Source: Octopus vulgaris | Taxonomy: Eukaryota | DNA: 64,000 nucleotides | Assembly: GCA_951406725.2 (NCBI GenBank) | Contig: OX597832.1 | Coordinates: forward strand, 930,001-994,000 | Direction of reading: 5' to 3' | Shown here: in pieces, positions 52,941 through 64,000 of the stretch | Numbering within the stretch: position 1 is the stretch's first letter | Layout: the number at the start of each line of letters is the position of its first letter | Translations under genes and position numbers: made by a program | The notes under the pieces: model-generated | Databases searched by the model: none | Told to the model about the DNA's origin: nothing | What the model saw: only the letters and a program-made list of their open reading frames with translations

Positions 52941-55900
52941 GAATAAGAACCACACTCTCAAGTGTAGACCAGTAAAGTATTAAAGTAATAAAGTTAATGC
53001 CTGGTCATAGAGTCACCAATAGTTTCGCATCCACGAAAGCTGTAGTTTTGTAGACAACTCATCAGACTCATCATCCGAAGACAAAATTAATTCTTCACCT
53101 CTCGGAGGAGGAAAGTTGTTACTGCTCTACCCTTTAGACTGTGCTTCTTATTCGGATATATGACACATTGACATTCCATCCGCAACCCGGACACAGAGTG
53201 ACTTTCGGAACCCACTACACCTTGCGCTTGTGCATATTCACGATTACCGCAACATCTCGGAGAACATGGAACGTTACAATATTGGTTATTCTTCAAAGAA
53301 TATCCCGACACCTTCCAACACGGTCTTTGCGAAAATGCTGCTAGAGAAAATAATAGACATCATACGGCGTATGAGGAAAGTGTATTTCTACGATCAAAAC
53401 ACGTCACCCTCAGAGGCCAACACATACGGAAACAGATGTAGGAGGTTCCTACTCACAGTCGAAGAGTTCGAAGCCTTCAAAGCAGACCTACTGGACATCA
53501 TACCCAAGCTAAGATTCCATAAGTCTTCTTCCTCTTTTCAACGCAAACTCCGTAAAGACATACAAAAAATAAAAAGTTCCGACGGGTCCTTAACCTTCTC
53601 GGGTAAGACTAAGAATATATACAGGATAGATACAGACACTTACGATAAATTCTTAGACAATTTTATTACACAAAAATGCAGGCGCGCTTCCCTGAACAGA
53701 TATAAAAACATTAACTGTGAAACCAAACAGATAGCAATTAACCTAGGAATAGCGGATAGGGTAGATATTTTAGCCAAGCGAAATGCCTTCATCACAATAA
53801 AAGACCACAAGCCAAACTTTGCCTCTAACCCCAAATGCCACCTGATCAACCCGACAAAATCCGAGATCGGCCAGGCTAGCAAGCATATACTGCGGAAGAT
53901 TAATGACGGCAAAGGGAGAGCCTCCGACCTCTCTCTCTATGGCGCAGCACTAAAGAGGTGGCCTTATGGTTTAATGCCAACCAGGGGAAGGACAGAGCAA
54001 GGTTCAAACAATTTGACACAGTCGATTTTTATCCGTCGATATCAAAAGGGTTGTTGGTGAAGGCACTTTCACTTGCTAAGAGCATCACAGATATTAGCGA
54101 TAGAGATATAGACGTTATCATACATGCCAGGAAGATGATGCTGTTCAATAAAGATTCAACGTGGGTCAAACAATCTGAACCCGAGGGTTCTTTGATGTGG
54201 CAATGGGAGCCTACGACTGCGCCGACATATGTGACCTAATTGGACTATTCATCCTGGAAAACTTAAGGAAGAAATTCCCTTCAGTCCTCTCCAGTCTCTA
54301 CAAGGATGACGCTCTAATCATCTCTAGAGCAGTCAACGATAGGCTTAGAAAGGACCTGATTAGTGCCCTAGGCTCCATGGGACTCATAATCCTAGATGTC
54401 ACTCTAGACTTGGGCTCTGGTACACACAGGCTCTATCAAAGAGAGGCTGTCTTATATTAACACAGCCTCCTACCACCCACTATTGTGTTCAAGAACCTAG
54501 TGAAGGGTGAACCTAGAGCAAGAGGATCTCTAGTGAAGATATCTTCGACAACGATGCCCCCTCCAACAACGAGGCACTGACATCCAGCGGGTTAGCACTG
54601 CTGGAACGTGGTTTCGTTGGCCCCACCTTTCTCACTCAAAGTCAAGACTTGTGTGAGAAGGTTATTCCTCTGATTAATAAACAAACACTTCATGCAGACG
54701 CACAGATTCAAACATTTATTCAAGAGGCACAACTTAAGGGTCTCCTTTAGTTATGCACCTAACAGGGAAAGTTTATTAGCTAACACCCATAAAGCAATGG
54801 GATGAGGCAGGTTGTTCTTGCAGGGTGTACAATGATTGTCCAGTGGGAGGCCAATGCGAGGCCGAGGGAGTCATCTATGAAGCTGTGGTGACACCAAGGC
54901 CTAGCGACCACAGTAATAGCAGCAACGGATCATCCAACAACATCGACAGCATTGGAGGCAACGACAGCGGTAGAAACATCAGTACTGACGCCAACGACCC
55001 CAGTACCAGCGCTACGGACAGAGAAGATGACCATATCGACACCTGTGGCGACAGTGAAGTTACCGGTCCCACACCCAACATTACCATCCGCGGTACCCCA
55101 TTACCACCGGCAGCAACGACTACCACAACGATAGCAACCACAGCGACAGCAACCACAGCCGCATCGCCTGGCCCGCGCGCAAAATTTGTTCCTACGCGAG
55201 TTCCGGACCCCAGTAATGAACTCATTTGCATACAGCCGATCAGAGTTCACCTTGACCATGTTGTCAAGCTAAAAAATACACTCTACCAAGTAAACTCAAG
55301 ACGAAGAACGGTGATGTAAGTCGACCGATCGCCAAGTTATGCCTGATTTTAGAAGGGGGACAAGTAATTAGATATATTTGCACCTATACCTATTATCGGA
55401 TTTTGTTAGGGTCCTATATGGTAAAGATGCGGATGGGAAAAATGTGGGTAGAGGGTGATGTGCTAGCAACCCTCTCTCCTTACTGTTTTAACAAGTAAAT
55501 AACAGCACAAATAAATACGCAGAGGCAGTCATCGTTGAAATACGAACAAGAACAACAAGCATTATTAAAAGAGAAAAGAAGCTAAGGAGCCAAGTGACCT
55601 TTTCTTATGACTCATCACTTGTTATACGCTCATAAATTTATTTGATATCTGAGCTCTGATTGGCTGTATGAGGGTCCGGAACTCTCGTCGGATAAAAAAA
55701 ATTTCGCGGCCCACACGTCATAATGATAACAGCGCCGGTGGCAACATCCTCAGGCCCGGAGCCAACCAGTAATGTGAATGCAGCTAACACCCAAGCCTGG
55801 AAATACATCGGATTAGACAGTACGACATTTAAACGACGCTTATACAATTTCACTTTCAGAAAATCGATTCGTCACCTCCTTGGACAGCCATGTGTGGCAT

Positions 55901-56350
55901 CTCAAAGATCAAGGGATCCCATACGATATCAAGTGGAAGAGCTAAGAACGGTGAGGCCCCTACACCAACGAGAGCTGACGCTGCAAGCTCTGCATGGCTG
56001 AGTGAGCAAAGATAGTTAAAACTTCCGACATCTGGGTCGCAGAATACTCGCCAAGAAATCTTCACACCATGCATCCATTTGAGGCGCTACCATTGCAAAC
56101 ATAGGATTTCCCATTCGCTGATTAAGCTCAGAAGAGTCCTTACGTTCCATAAGCAGGCCAAGTGATAGATCCCTTATTCCCCTCTCCAAATAGCTGGTCT
56201 AGGGGAAATAATCCGTCCTCATTTTCACCGGACTTTTTATTCTCTGATGATCATATGATTATTGACTGTAATAATTTCCTACCTCCAAGAAGTGAACTTG
56301 TCTTCGGACTAGAGTTTGATTAGTTGTCCATTGGTTACTCTATGATCAGA
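52940..56350 (+). mobile_element. Near full-length Hydra-type Penelope-like element, decayed
   Basis: Motifs YSSKNIPTPS, AFITIKDHKPNF, LINPTKSEIG, FDTVDFYPSIS, MGAYDCADICDLIG, YKDDAL, GVIYEA...KYIGL, CKLC. Hammerhead motif on - at 53010-53069. Confidence 0.88.
55170..55712. mobile_element. MITE-like insertion with imperfect TIRs
   Basis: Left gagttccggaccc...catacagccgatcagagttca is the inverse of right tgagctctgattggctgtatg.gggtccggaactc. Confidence 0.6.
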
Positions 56351-56378
56351 CATTAACTTTATTACTTCAATATATATA

Positions 56379-57100
56379 CATGGTGCGATTGGTAAATTGT
56401 CTCCATTTTATAATTATTATTTCGTGCATGTGCATTGTTTATTTTTGATTTTGTCGACTACACAGTATAGTAGGATCAGTTGGGTACCGTCTGTGAGAAA
56501 AACAGCACCATGATGCCATTCACTCTGCCATAAATTTGGAAACAACATGCTGTACTGCTTGGCATTCGTGCCGGAAGCTCCAATACGAACATTGCAGAGT
56601 ATGTGGGTGTCATCTGAGAACAGTGCAGAGGATTCGGAAAGATTTGGATGAGTCTAATGGTGAATACGAAGGTATGACAGCTCGGAAAACTCACTGTGAT
56701 CGTCCTGATAAGAAAAGAACTCTTGAATTTGTTGGTGAGATCTAGGCCATGATTGACAACGATCCCTCTCAGTCAATCAGGTCCATCGGCAGAGACATGA
56801 GTTTCTTATCAGGCAAGTAATGCATGAAGACATTCGGTATTCTCCAATTTTTAACCCAAGTCATCAAGGACAAGAGGAAAGACCGCACTACGAAGCTTTT
56901 GAACAAACTCAAGCATCTCCTCCAACTGAGCATGCTTTGGTTTTTCTCAGACGCGAAAAATTTCTGCTAGGATCATATGGTGAACACAGTAAACAACCAT
57001 TAGCTTGCCGCATCCCTAAAACATGTACCGACAGTGATAAAAATGAAACATGCAATGAACATCATGGTGTTTGGAGTGATCACTAGTGATGGTGACGTTA
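56379..57100 (+). mobile_element. Tc1/mariner-superfamily (maT/DD37D-like) transposon 5' fragment
   Basis: HTH RTVQRIRK, IDNDPSQSIRSIGRDM, WFFSDAKNF, IMVFGVITSDG. 3' truncated. Confidence 0.75.
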
Positions 57101-57443
57101 GGCTAGACGTTTCTTAATGGCACTCCGTCGGTTACAAAGTTCGGATGAGAGTTCCAGTTGATCTGATCAACGGAACAGCCTGCTCGTGCATGTGGTTGAA
57201 CACTCCATAGACACGTGTACCCCTAGTGTAATTCTCAGGAAGATTCAGCATGACACAAATTGTGACGAGGTTGGTCCTTTGAAATACAGGTACAACTCAT
57301 TTTTGCCAACTGAGTGGACTGAAGCAACGTGAAATAAAGTCTCTTGCTCAAGGACAAAACGCATCGCTGGGAATCGAACTCACGGCCATACAATCATGAA
57401 TGTATGTATGTATGTATGTATGTATGTATGTATGTATGTATAT

Positions 57444-57600
57444 ATAAAACTTGGAAAGGATGCGTGGCGTTCGATCATATAATAATATAAATAATATATA
57501 AATATATGCATATATACATACATATATGTACATATCTACATATATATGTATATATACATGCATATATATACTTATATATATGTAGATATGTACATATATG

Positions 57601-57639
<39 letters not shown>

Positions 57640-59245
57640 TTAGCGGTATGTGTATATATATATATATATATACACTTAGCGGTTCGGCAAGAAGAGGCCG
57701 ATAGAATAAGTACTGGGCTTACAAAGAATAAGTCTCGGGGTCGAGTTTCTCGATTAAAGGCGGTGCTCCAGCATGGCCGCAGTCAAATGACTGAAACAAG
57801 TAAAAGAGTAAAAGAGTATATATTTATATATTATTTATATTATTATATGATCGAAAGCCACGCATCCATTTACAACTAAGTTTTATCTTAATAATTACGA
57901 TGCGCACTCTTCTATCTCTACTGCCTCTTCTCTGTCTATCTCTCTCCCTCTCTTGTTCTTCACCCTTTCTGGTTTTCTCTCCCACCCTTCCCTATTCTTC
58001 TCCTCTCCTCTTCGCCGTTCCATCTCTCTCAATCTTCCTCCTTGACTCTCTCGTCGCTACATGTAACGAAAGGGAATCTATCTTTCAGTCCATTTCCTCC
58101 CTAAAGACAAGACGAGCTTATACCTGTCTCCTCTCATAGCTCGTCTTCCTAGCATTCATAATAATTTTTCTATCGTCTTGGCTCAACAGCCCTCACCGTT
58201 TATTTTTACTGTCCTGTTCTTGTTACCACTTTCACCCTCCGCAAAAAAATCCCAAATTATATTTAATTTGCTTTGCGGGAAGGACTGTTTCTACGAAGTC
58301 ACGTATTGTCCTTATCTTCGAAACGCGGAGTAGATGAAACAGGGACAACTGATGAAGGGGAATATTCTTTATGTTGCATGTCTCGTTTCTCTGTTTTTTT
58401 CGTTGTTCGAAAAAAAAGTTCGTTTTCTGTTTTTGTTTTTGTTTCTCATTGTATTCAATGTTTTTTTCTTTGATGTCCTGTACCCATATATGCATGTATA
58501 TATACATATGTATATACATATATATGTAGGTATGTTCATATATGTATGTATATATGCATATATTTATATATTATTTGTATTATTATATGATCGAACGCCA
58601 CGCATCCTTTTCCAAGTAAGTTTTATCTTAATAATTACGATGCGCACTCCTCTACCCCTACTATCTCTTCTCTGTCTCTCTTGTTCTTCACCTTTTCTGG
58701 GTTTCTCTCCCACCCTTCCCTATTCTTCTCCTCTCCTCTTCACCTTTCCCTCTCTCTCACTCTTCCTGCTTGACTCTCTCGTCGCTGACACGTGACGAAA
58801 GGGAATCTATCTTTCTGTCCATTTCCTTCCTTAAGACGAGACGAGCTTATACCTGTCTCCTCTCATAACTCGTCCTCCTAGCGTTCATGAAAGTGTTTCT
58901 ATCGTCTTGGCTTAACAGCCCTCACCGTTTTTTTCCTGTCTTGTTCTCACTGTCCTGTTCTTGTTACCAATTTCACCCTCCGCAAAAAAATCCCAAATTT
59001 TATTTAATTTGCTTTGCGGGAAGGATTGTTTCAACGAAGTCGCGTATTATCCTTATCTTCGAAACGCGAAGTAGATGAAACAGGAACAACTTATGAAGGG
59101 GAATATTCTTTATGTTACATGTCTCGTTTCTCTGTTTATTTTCGTTGTTCGAAAAAAATGTTCGTTTTCTATGTTTTTGTTTTTATGTTTTCGTTTCTCG
59201 TTGTGTTCAACGATTCTTTGATATCCTGTACCCATATATGCATGC

Positions 59246-59276
<31 letters not shown>

Positions 59277-59330
59277 GGTATGTACATATATACATGTATA
59301 TATGCATATATTTATATATTATTCATATTG
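57444..59330. repeat. Tandem ~740-bp units plus a short inverted upstream copy (PLE pseudo-LTR-like)
   Basis: ~57836-58575 repeats as ~58575-59330. 57450-57530 is the reverse complement of ~58538-58618. Confidence 0.75.
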
Positions 59331-59369
<39 letters not shown>

Positions 59370-59496
59370 AGAGACAGACCGCTATTTAGTTATTCCATCA
59401 ATAGTGAAAAGATATTATCTATAATAACCACATAGAAATTAATTAAATATCTTATAATTATTAATCTAAAAACTCATAACAAATCAAACATTAAAT

Positions 59497-59610
59497 TGAC
59501 TACGCGCGTTTCTTGACTAAATATATAAATCAATAATATTAAAATTTAATCTAAAAAATTAAAATTCAATAGTAATACAATTTTAAAATATTTAGCCACT
59601 CTTCAGGTCA
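59497..59610 (-). ncRNA. Type I hammerhead ribozyme, intact core
   Basis: tgac-CTGAAGA-gtggctaa-[AT-rich loop]-ttagtcaa-GAAA-cgcgcg-TA-gtca. Confidence 0.75.
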
Positions 59611-59753
59611 AAAAAATAACATAAATAAATTTAGATACTATAAATAAAACAATAAATATAAGTATATTAACAGTAAATAATTCGATAAAATTTAACAATA
59701 TTAAGGTAAAGCAAAAACATGACTTATCTTATTGATGAAAACCCAGTTAAAAA

Positions 59754-62700
59754 GAGCTTTGCGGTTAGATCACCGCTTTTTACAGTAACATTCAGTCGGT
59801 CGTTCGGTGAACGGGTTTCAATCAGAGCCGTTCTGCATTGAGCGCTCGCTCTTCCCAGGGTACCCTCTCTCCTCTCCTCCTGTACGTTATGGCTCTTGAA
59901 CCATTACTGCAGAAAATGGAGGCTCTGAGATGCATCCCGCCTGATCTGGAGTGCAGGAAGACAGTGACAACATACGCAGACATCACCATCATCGTAGCCA
60001 ATGAAAACCATCTACAAGTAGGTGGTACCATAAAGGATTAAGAAGTGGTGACACGAGCAAAAATAAACCAGGGTAAGTTAGTCGGTCTGCAGCTCGGCAC
60101 CTGCAGAGGCAGGCTGATGTGATGACGTCCCAGATGATTTTTTGGCCAGGGATCTTTTGGTAGTTATTCATAAGCCCGGCTCGAAAGTTCCCCGGAACAG
60201 ACCAGCAAATTGACCGTCATCGAAACCCAGGGTCTCCTAACTGGACGTCATCACACTTGCCCGCTACTAACCCTCTATAGAAGGACGAGGTGATGGTGAT
60301 GTCTGCGTATGTTGTCACTGTCTTCCTGCACTCCAGATCAGGCGGGATGCGTCTCAGAGCCTCCATTTTCTGCAGTAATGGTTCAAGAGCCATAACGTAC
60401 AGGAGGAGAGGAGAGAGGGTACCCTGGGCAGAGCGAGCGCTCAATGCAGAAAGGCTCTGATTGAAACCCGTTCACCGAACGACCGACTGAATGTTACTGT
60501 AAAAAGCGGTGATCTAACCGCAAAGCTCCGGATCAAACCCGGCCGCCTCGAGAACTACCGCCAGATACCGATGGTCAACTCTATTGAAAGCCTTAGACTG
60601 ATCTAAATGGATCAGAGCCCTTCCTGTGCAGGAATTCTAGCCACCCTCTCTATGGTGTAGCGTATGAGGTGGTGATTGTTGTGTATTGTTCTGCTTGGGA
60701 TGACGCAGGTTTGCGCCTCCTCAACCTGTTCACTCATGACCCGCGCCAACCTCTTCGCTGGCACCTTAGCCAAAATCTTCAGCTCTGCATTGAGCAGAGT
60801 GATGGGTCTGAAATTATCATATAGTCCCCCCCCCCCCTTATTTGGATCCTTTCAAAGCCGCACCACGAACCCCACGCCGGCTTACAGAACTGGGAATGCT
60901 CCCATTCTGTAGCCAGTTGGCGTAAATGCTTGCCAGTAGGTGTCGAAACAAGTCTGGCATGTTGTAATAAAATTCGTAGGGCAGACCATCTAGCCCCGAC
61001 GACCTGTCCCCGACGCGGCCCGATAGGGCTTCTACCTCCGCAGCTGTGACCGGCCCTTCACAGCACTACGCTTCCTGCCTCGAGAGTCACGGCAAAACGG
61101 CGAGGAAGCCTGTGAAGTCCATCCTGCGCCCTGGCTTACCACTCATCCCAAACTGCTGGGCGAAATGCGGGTTCGTTTATTGTTTGCCTCTGTTGATTGT
61201 CCAAAGATCTAATGGTAGCATCGTTTCCACGTTGAGCCTCTACCACACGGGCTCATCGAGAGGTGTTGCTTCCCTCTTGTTCCATTGCACGTATTTTAAA
61301 CCTGACAATGCATCCTTCATGTTTGGCATTGAGGTGTTGGTCTAGAACCAACCTCGCTGACAGCACATTGGATGCACTGCCTGCCTTCATCGCTTCTTCT
61401 AGAGACCTAACTAATTCCCTTTCTACTCTATTTTTCTTAAGAACTAATTCTTTGCTAAATCTATTTGACTCAAATTTTATGGGTTTTTTGAGGGAGTACC
61501 AGTTGTTATTTAAGATGGTGCCTGTTAACGCCCTCTTAACTAACTCCCTAATCCGGTTACTGTAAACGTTACAGGTTAGGAGCGATTTGTTTAATCTCCA
61601 GTAACTGGGGCCCTGTCTAGGAAAGCTATCTAAGTCGAGCCTACAAGTCACGAATTTGTGATTGGTGCAGGTGACAATACTAAAGACTATTTTCATCAAC
61701 AACTCTAATAAATACCCTATATAGTTAAGACCTGGAAGATCCGTCGCTATTAGCCCATGTCCACGCTGGAGCGTTCAATTAATCCAGTCTATATCTGTCA
61801 GCCAGCTAGAAGCGGCTGAGCAGATTTGTGAGGAAGGGTTCCCCTTTCTATTGGAATTTGAACCAACATAATCTACACGCGCATCTAAGATAGTGCTAAA
61901 GTCACCTGTTATGACTAAAGTATGTGAACTTCCCAGGAAATTCTCTATGCGTCTGAAATAGTCAGACTGTCCGGTTGCACGTGGTGCATAGACAGCTGCC
62001 AGTCTGAAGGTACTACTGCTGCTATGCGTCACGTCAATGACGATCAGTCTGTCCTCCGGGTCCATAAAGATTGTTCTAATCTCTAAATCCAAATCTTTCC
62101 TGAATAAGACTGACATGGAGAGTTGTATTTGTTGTAGCCATTGAGGAAGGGCGAGAAAGCTCGCTGTCCATTCAGTTTTGTTTCGCCAGTGACTACGACA
62201 TCCAGGTTCCGTGACCTGAGATCATTTAAGAAGCGACCTTGCTTACAGTTCGATCCCAGGCCACGCACATTTATGCTGCCAAGCTTGAGCGAGAACATGA
62301 TAAATTGGACTTACGTACGATTTTAATCGTTGAGGAGAGGTGATGGTAAACCTTCCTCTTCCGTAATATCTTGTGAGGTACTCCCCATGAATTTAGTATG
62401 TAAATAGCCGGCGAAATGTTTTTTTTGTGTGAGGGGGGGGCAATGTCATCCGGGTAGTTATCTTTTTTAGTTCTATATATGATATATTGTCGATATTGTT
62501 GAATGAAATGTTTGGATTTGGTGGAGCTGTATGAGGGGTGATATGTGGGTACGTGTGAGTACCATTAAGTATTGATCACTGTGATGTTGATGACTGTGTT
62601 TGCGGATAATGGGTTGGGTGTTTGGGATTTGAGTGTAGTGGGTGAGGGTCATGCGGGGGATGTGGTTTTTTCTTTTACGTCTTTTTTTATTACTGTCCAT

Positions 62701-63660
62701 TCATTTCGGTTGGCTTCACTCTTTTGTGCGTCTCTTTTTGGCTCTTTCGCTTCCGGTGTGGGTTTTTTCAGCGTTGTGTTGGATGGCGTCTTTTTGTCTT
62801 CTTTTGGAATTTCAATTTATGTGGGGTTGTTGGGTGAAGGGAGCACCGTTTGTTGTTGGTCTTGTGGGCAATCGGTTCTTATATGACCCTTTTGCCCACA
62901 TTTATAACATCGTAGTTTTCTTCCCTCCACCATTTCTCTTAGTGCAGTTTCGTCAGGTAAAATTATCTTGTCTGGTAGAACTTCGAGGTCTTTTGGGGTG
63001 GTCTGAATTATTGGTTCCCGACCCTGGCCCCACCAGCTCTGTTGGTGCAGCTTGGTAGCTTGGGGGATAGAAATTCTATCCTCCATGTTCAGCAAAACGG
63101 TTGCTACCAGCCACACCACGTCGATTTCTTGTAGGATCTCCCCTATTCTGATTGTCGAAGTTCGCTTTCTGGGGTAAGTTGGCAGTAACACTAGTTCTGC
63201 CGATTTAAGGGGTGTTGCGGAGTAGTTTTTCGCGTCTTCCTCGGAGTCTAACCTCACCTCAACTGTGCCGTAACGTTTGCTTCTTGCTATGTATTTAGTT
63301 TCCTGCCAGATGGGTTGGAGGCATTTCTATAGCCTTTTTGGGTACCATTTCAATCTTTTTGGTCTTCAGTGATAGTGTTTTATATATGGCTGTCCTTCGT
63401 TGAGTGGTTAGTATTACATCTTCTGGGGGAGTTAGCTTAATGTTAGTGCCCTCTTTTAATAATAGGCTTTAGTTCGCTCGGGTTTACTTGTATTTTTTCC
63501 ATGTTGACTGACTACGGAAGCGAAGTTGATTTTTTCGTTAACTTGTGATTTGGTTGGTAAGTTTTTCATTAATGGCAGATTTTCCTTCTCCCTTCTTTCG
63601 TGGCTTGGGATGGAGGGGAACATGTTGTGCAAATTTTTTAACACGTTTGTTTGGTTTTCA
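59754..63660 (-). mobile_element. Tx1/L1-clade LINE (ORF1 with CCHC knuckle; ORF2 APE + RT), decayed and rearranged
   Basis: ORF1: CYKCGQKGHIRTDC. ORF2: GSINVRGL...ETKL, AVYAP, TGDF, SYWRLNKSLL, GLDGLPYEFY, FRPITLLNAELKILAKV, DQSKAFNRVDH, QGTLSPLLLY. Confidence 0.9.
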
Positions 63661-63672
63661 TTTTCGTGGGCG

Positions 63673-64000
63673 GGATCTTTTCGGTTTGAACGGCAGTTTT
63701 TCTAGCGGTGTCATATGAAATTGTCCCCCATAATTATGACCCTAGTATCGATCTATTGCATTTCAATCTGTTTTAGGGTTAGGGTTACTTAGGGTTAGTT
63801 AGGGTTAGGGTTAGGGTTAGGGATGGGGGAAGGGTATCCTTTTTCTTCAGAAATGTAAATAAACCCAATCTGTTTCTTAAACGAGGGACATATTCACACG
63901 GCACAGAATGTTTTCACCTCAATAGACGTCATTGATTGGTTGAAATTGAAGAAATTGAAGAAAAAAACAACAAATATCTTACAAACCATAGAATTTTCTC
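63673..64000. mobile_element. MITE-like repeat with internal (TTAGGG)n, runs off the window
   Basis: Reverse complement of ~37670-37950; TTAGGG-like repeats at 63773-63822. Confidence 0.7.

Noticed and set aside
53230-56100. Selenocysteine-recoded (Naiad-like) PLE
   Set aside because: The endonuclease is C-terminal and the interruptions are mixed frameshifts and stops, consistent with decay.
56244-56275. CTGATGA as another hammerhead
   Set aside because: No GAAA or helix III at a suitable position.
63773-63822. True chromosome telomere
   Set aside because: Short degenerate array internal to a dispersed repeat.

Overview
Eukaryotic, almost entirely transposable-element-derived DNA with no host gene I can support. 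The SINE families and dense (TA)n/(CA)n microsatellites suggest an octopus/cephalopod genome (inference). It contains decayed Ty3/Gypsy pol fragments, many Penelope-like elements (Hydra-type RT + GIY-YIG) with minimal hammerhead ribozymes, RTE, R4/Dong, CR1 and Tx1/L1 LINEs, mariner, maT-like and hAT (Charlie/Buster) transposons, Helitrons, MITEs, tRNA-derived SINEs and several large inverted repeats. The most striking system is a pair of related compact LTR retrotransposons (2943-7204 on -, 34211-36464 on +), each with a 5-bp TSD. Their primer-binding site is complementary to the first 12 nt of the 5' end of tRNA-Phe(GAA) rather than to a tRNA 3'-CCA end. They also share a GGGAAAC -1 frameshift site with a covarying pseudoknot and a hairpin motif beside the PPT, and the full-length copy has BEL/DIRS-like RT-RNase H motifs. 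All coordinates and counts were read by eye.
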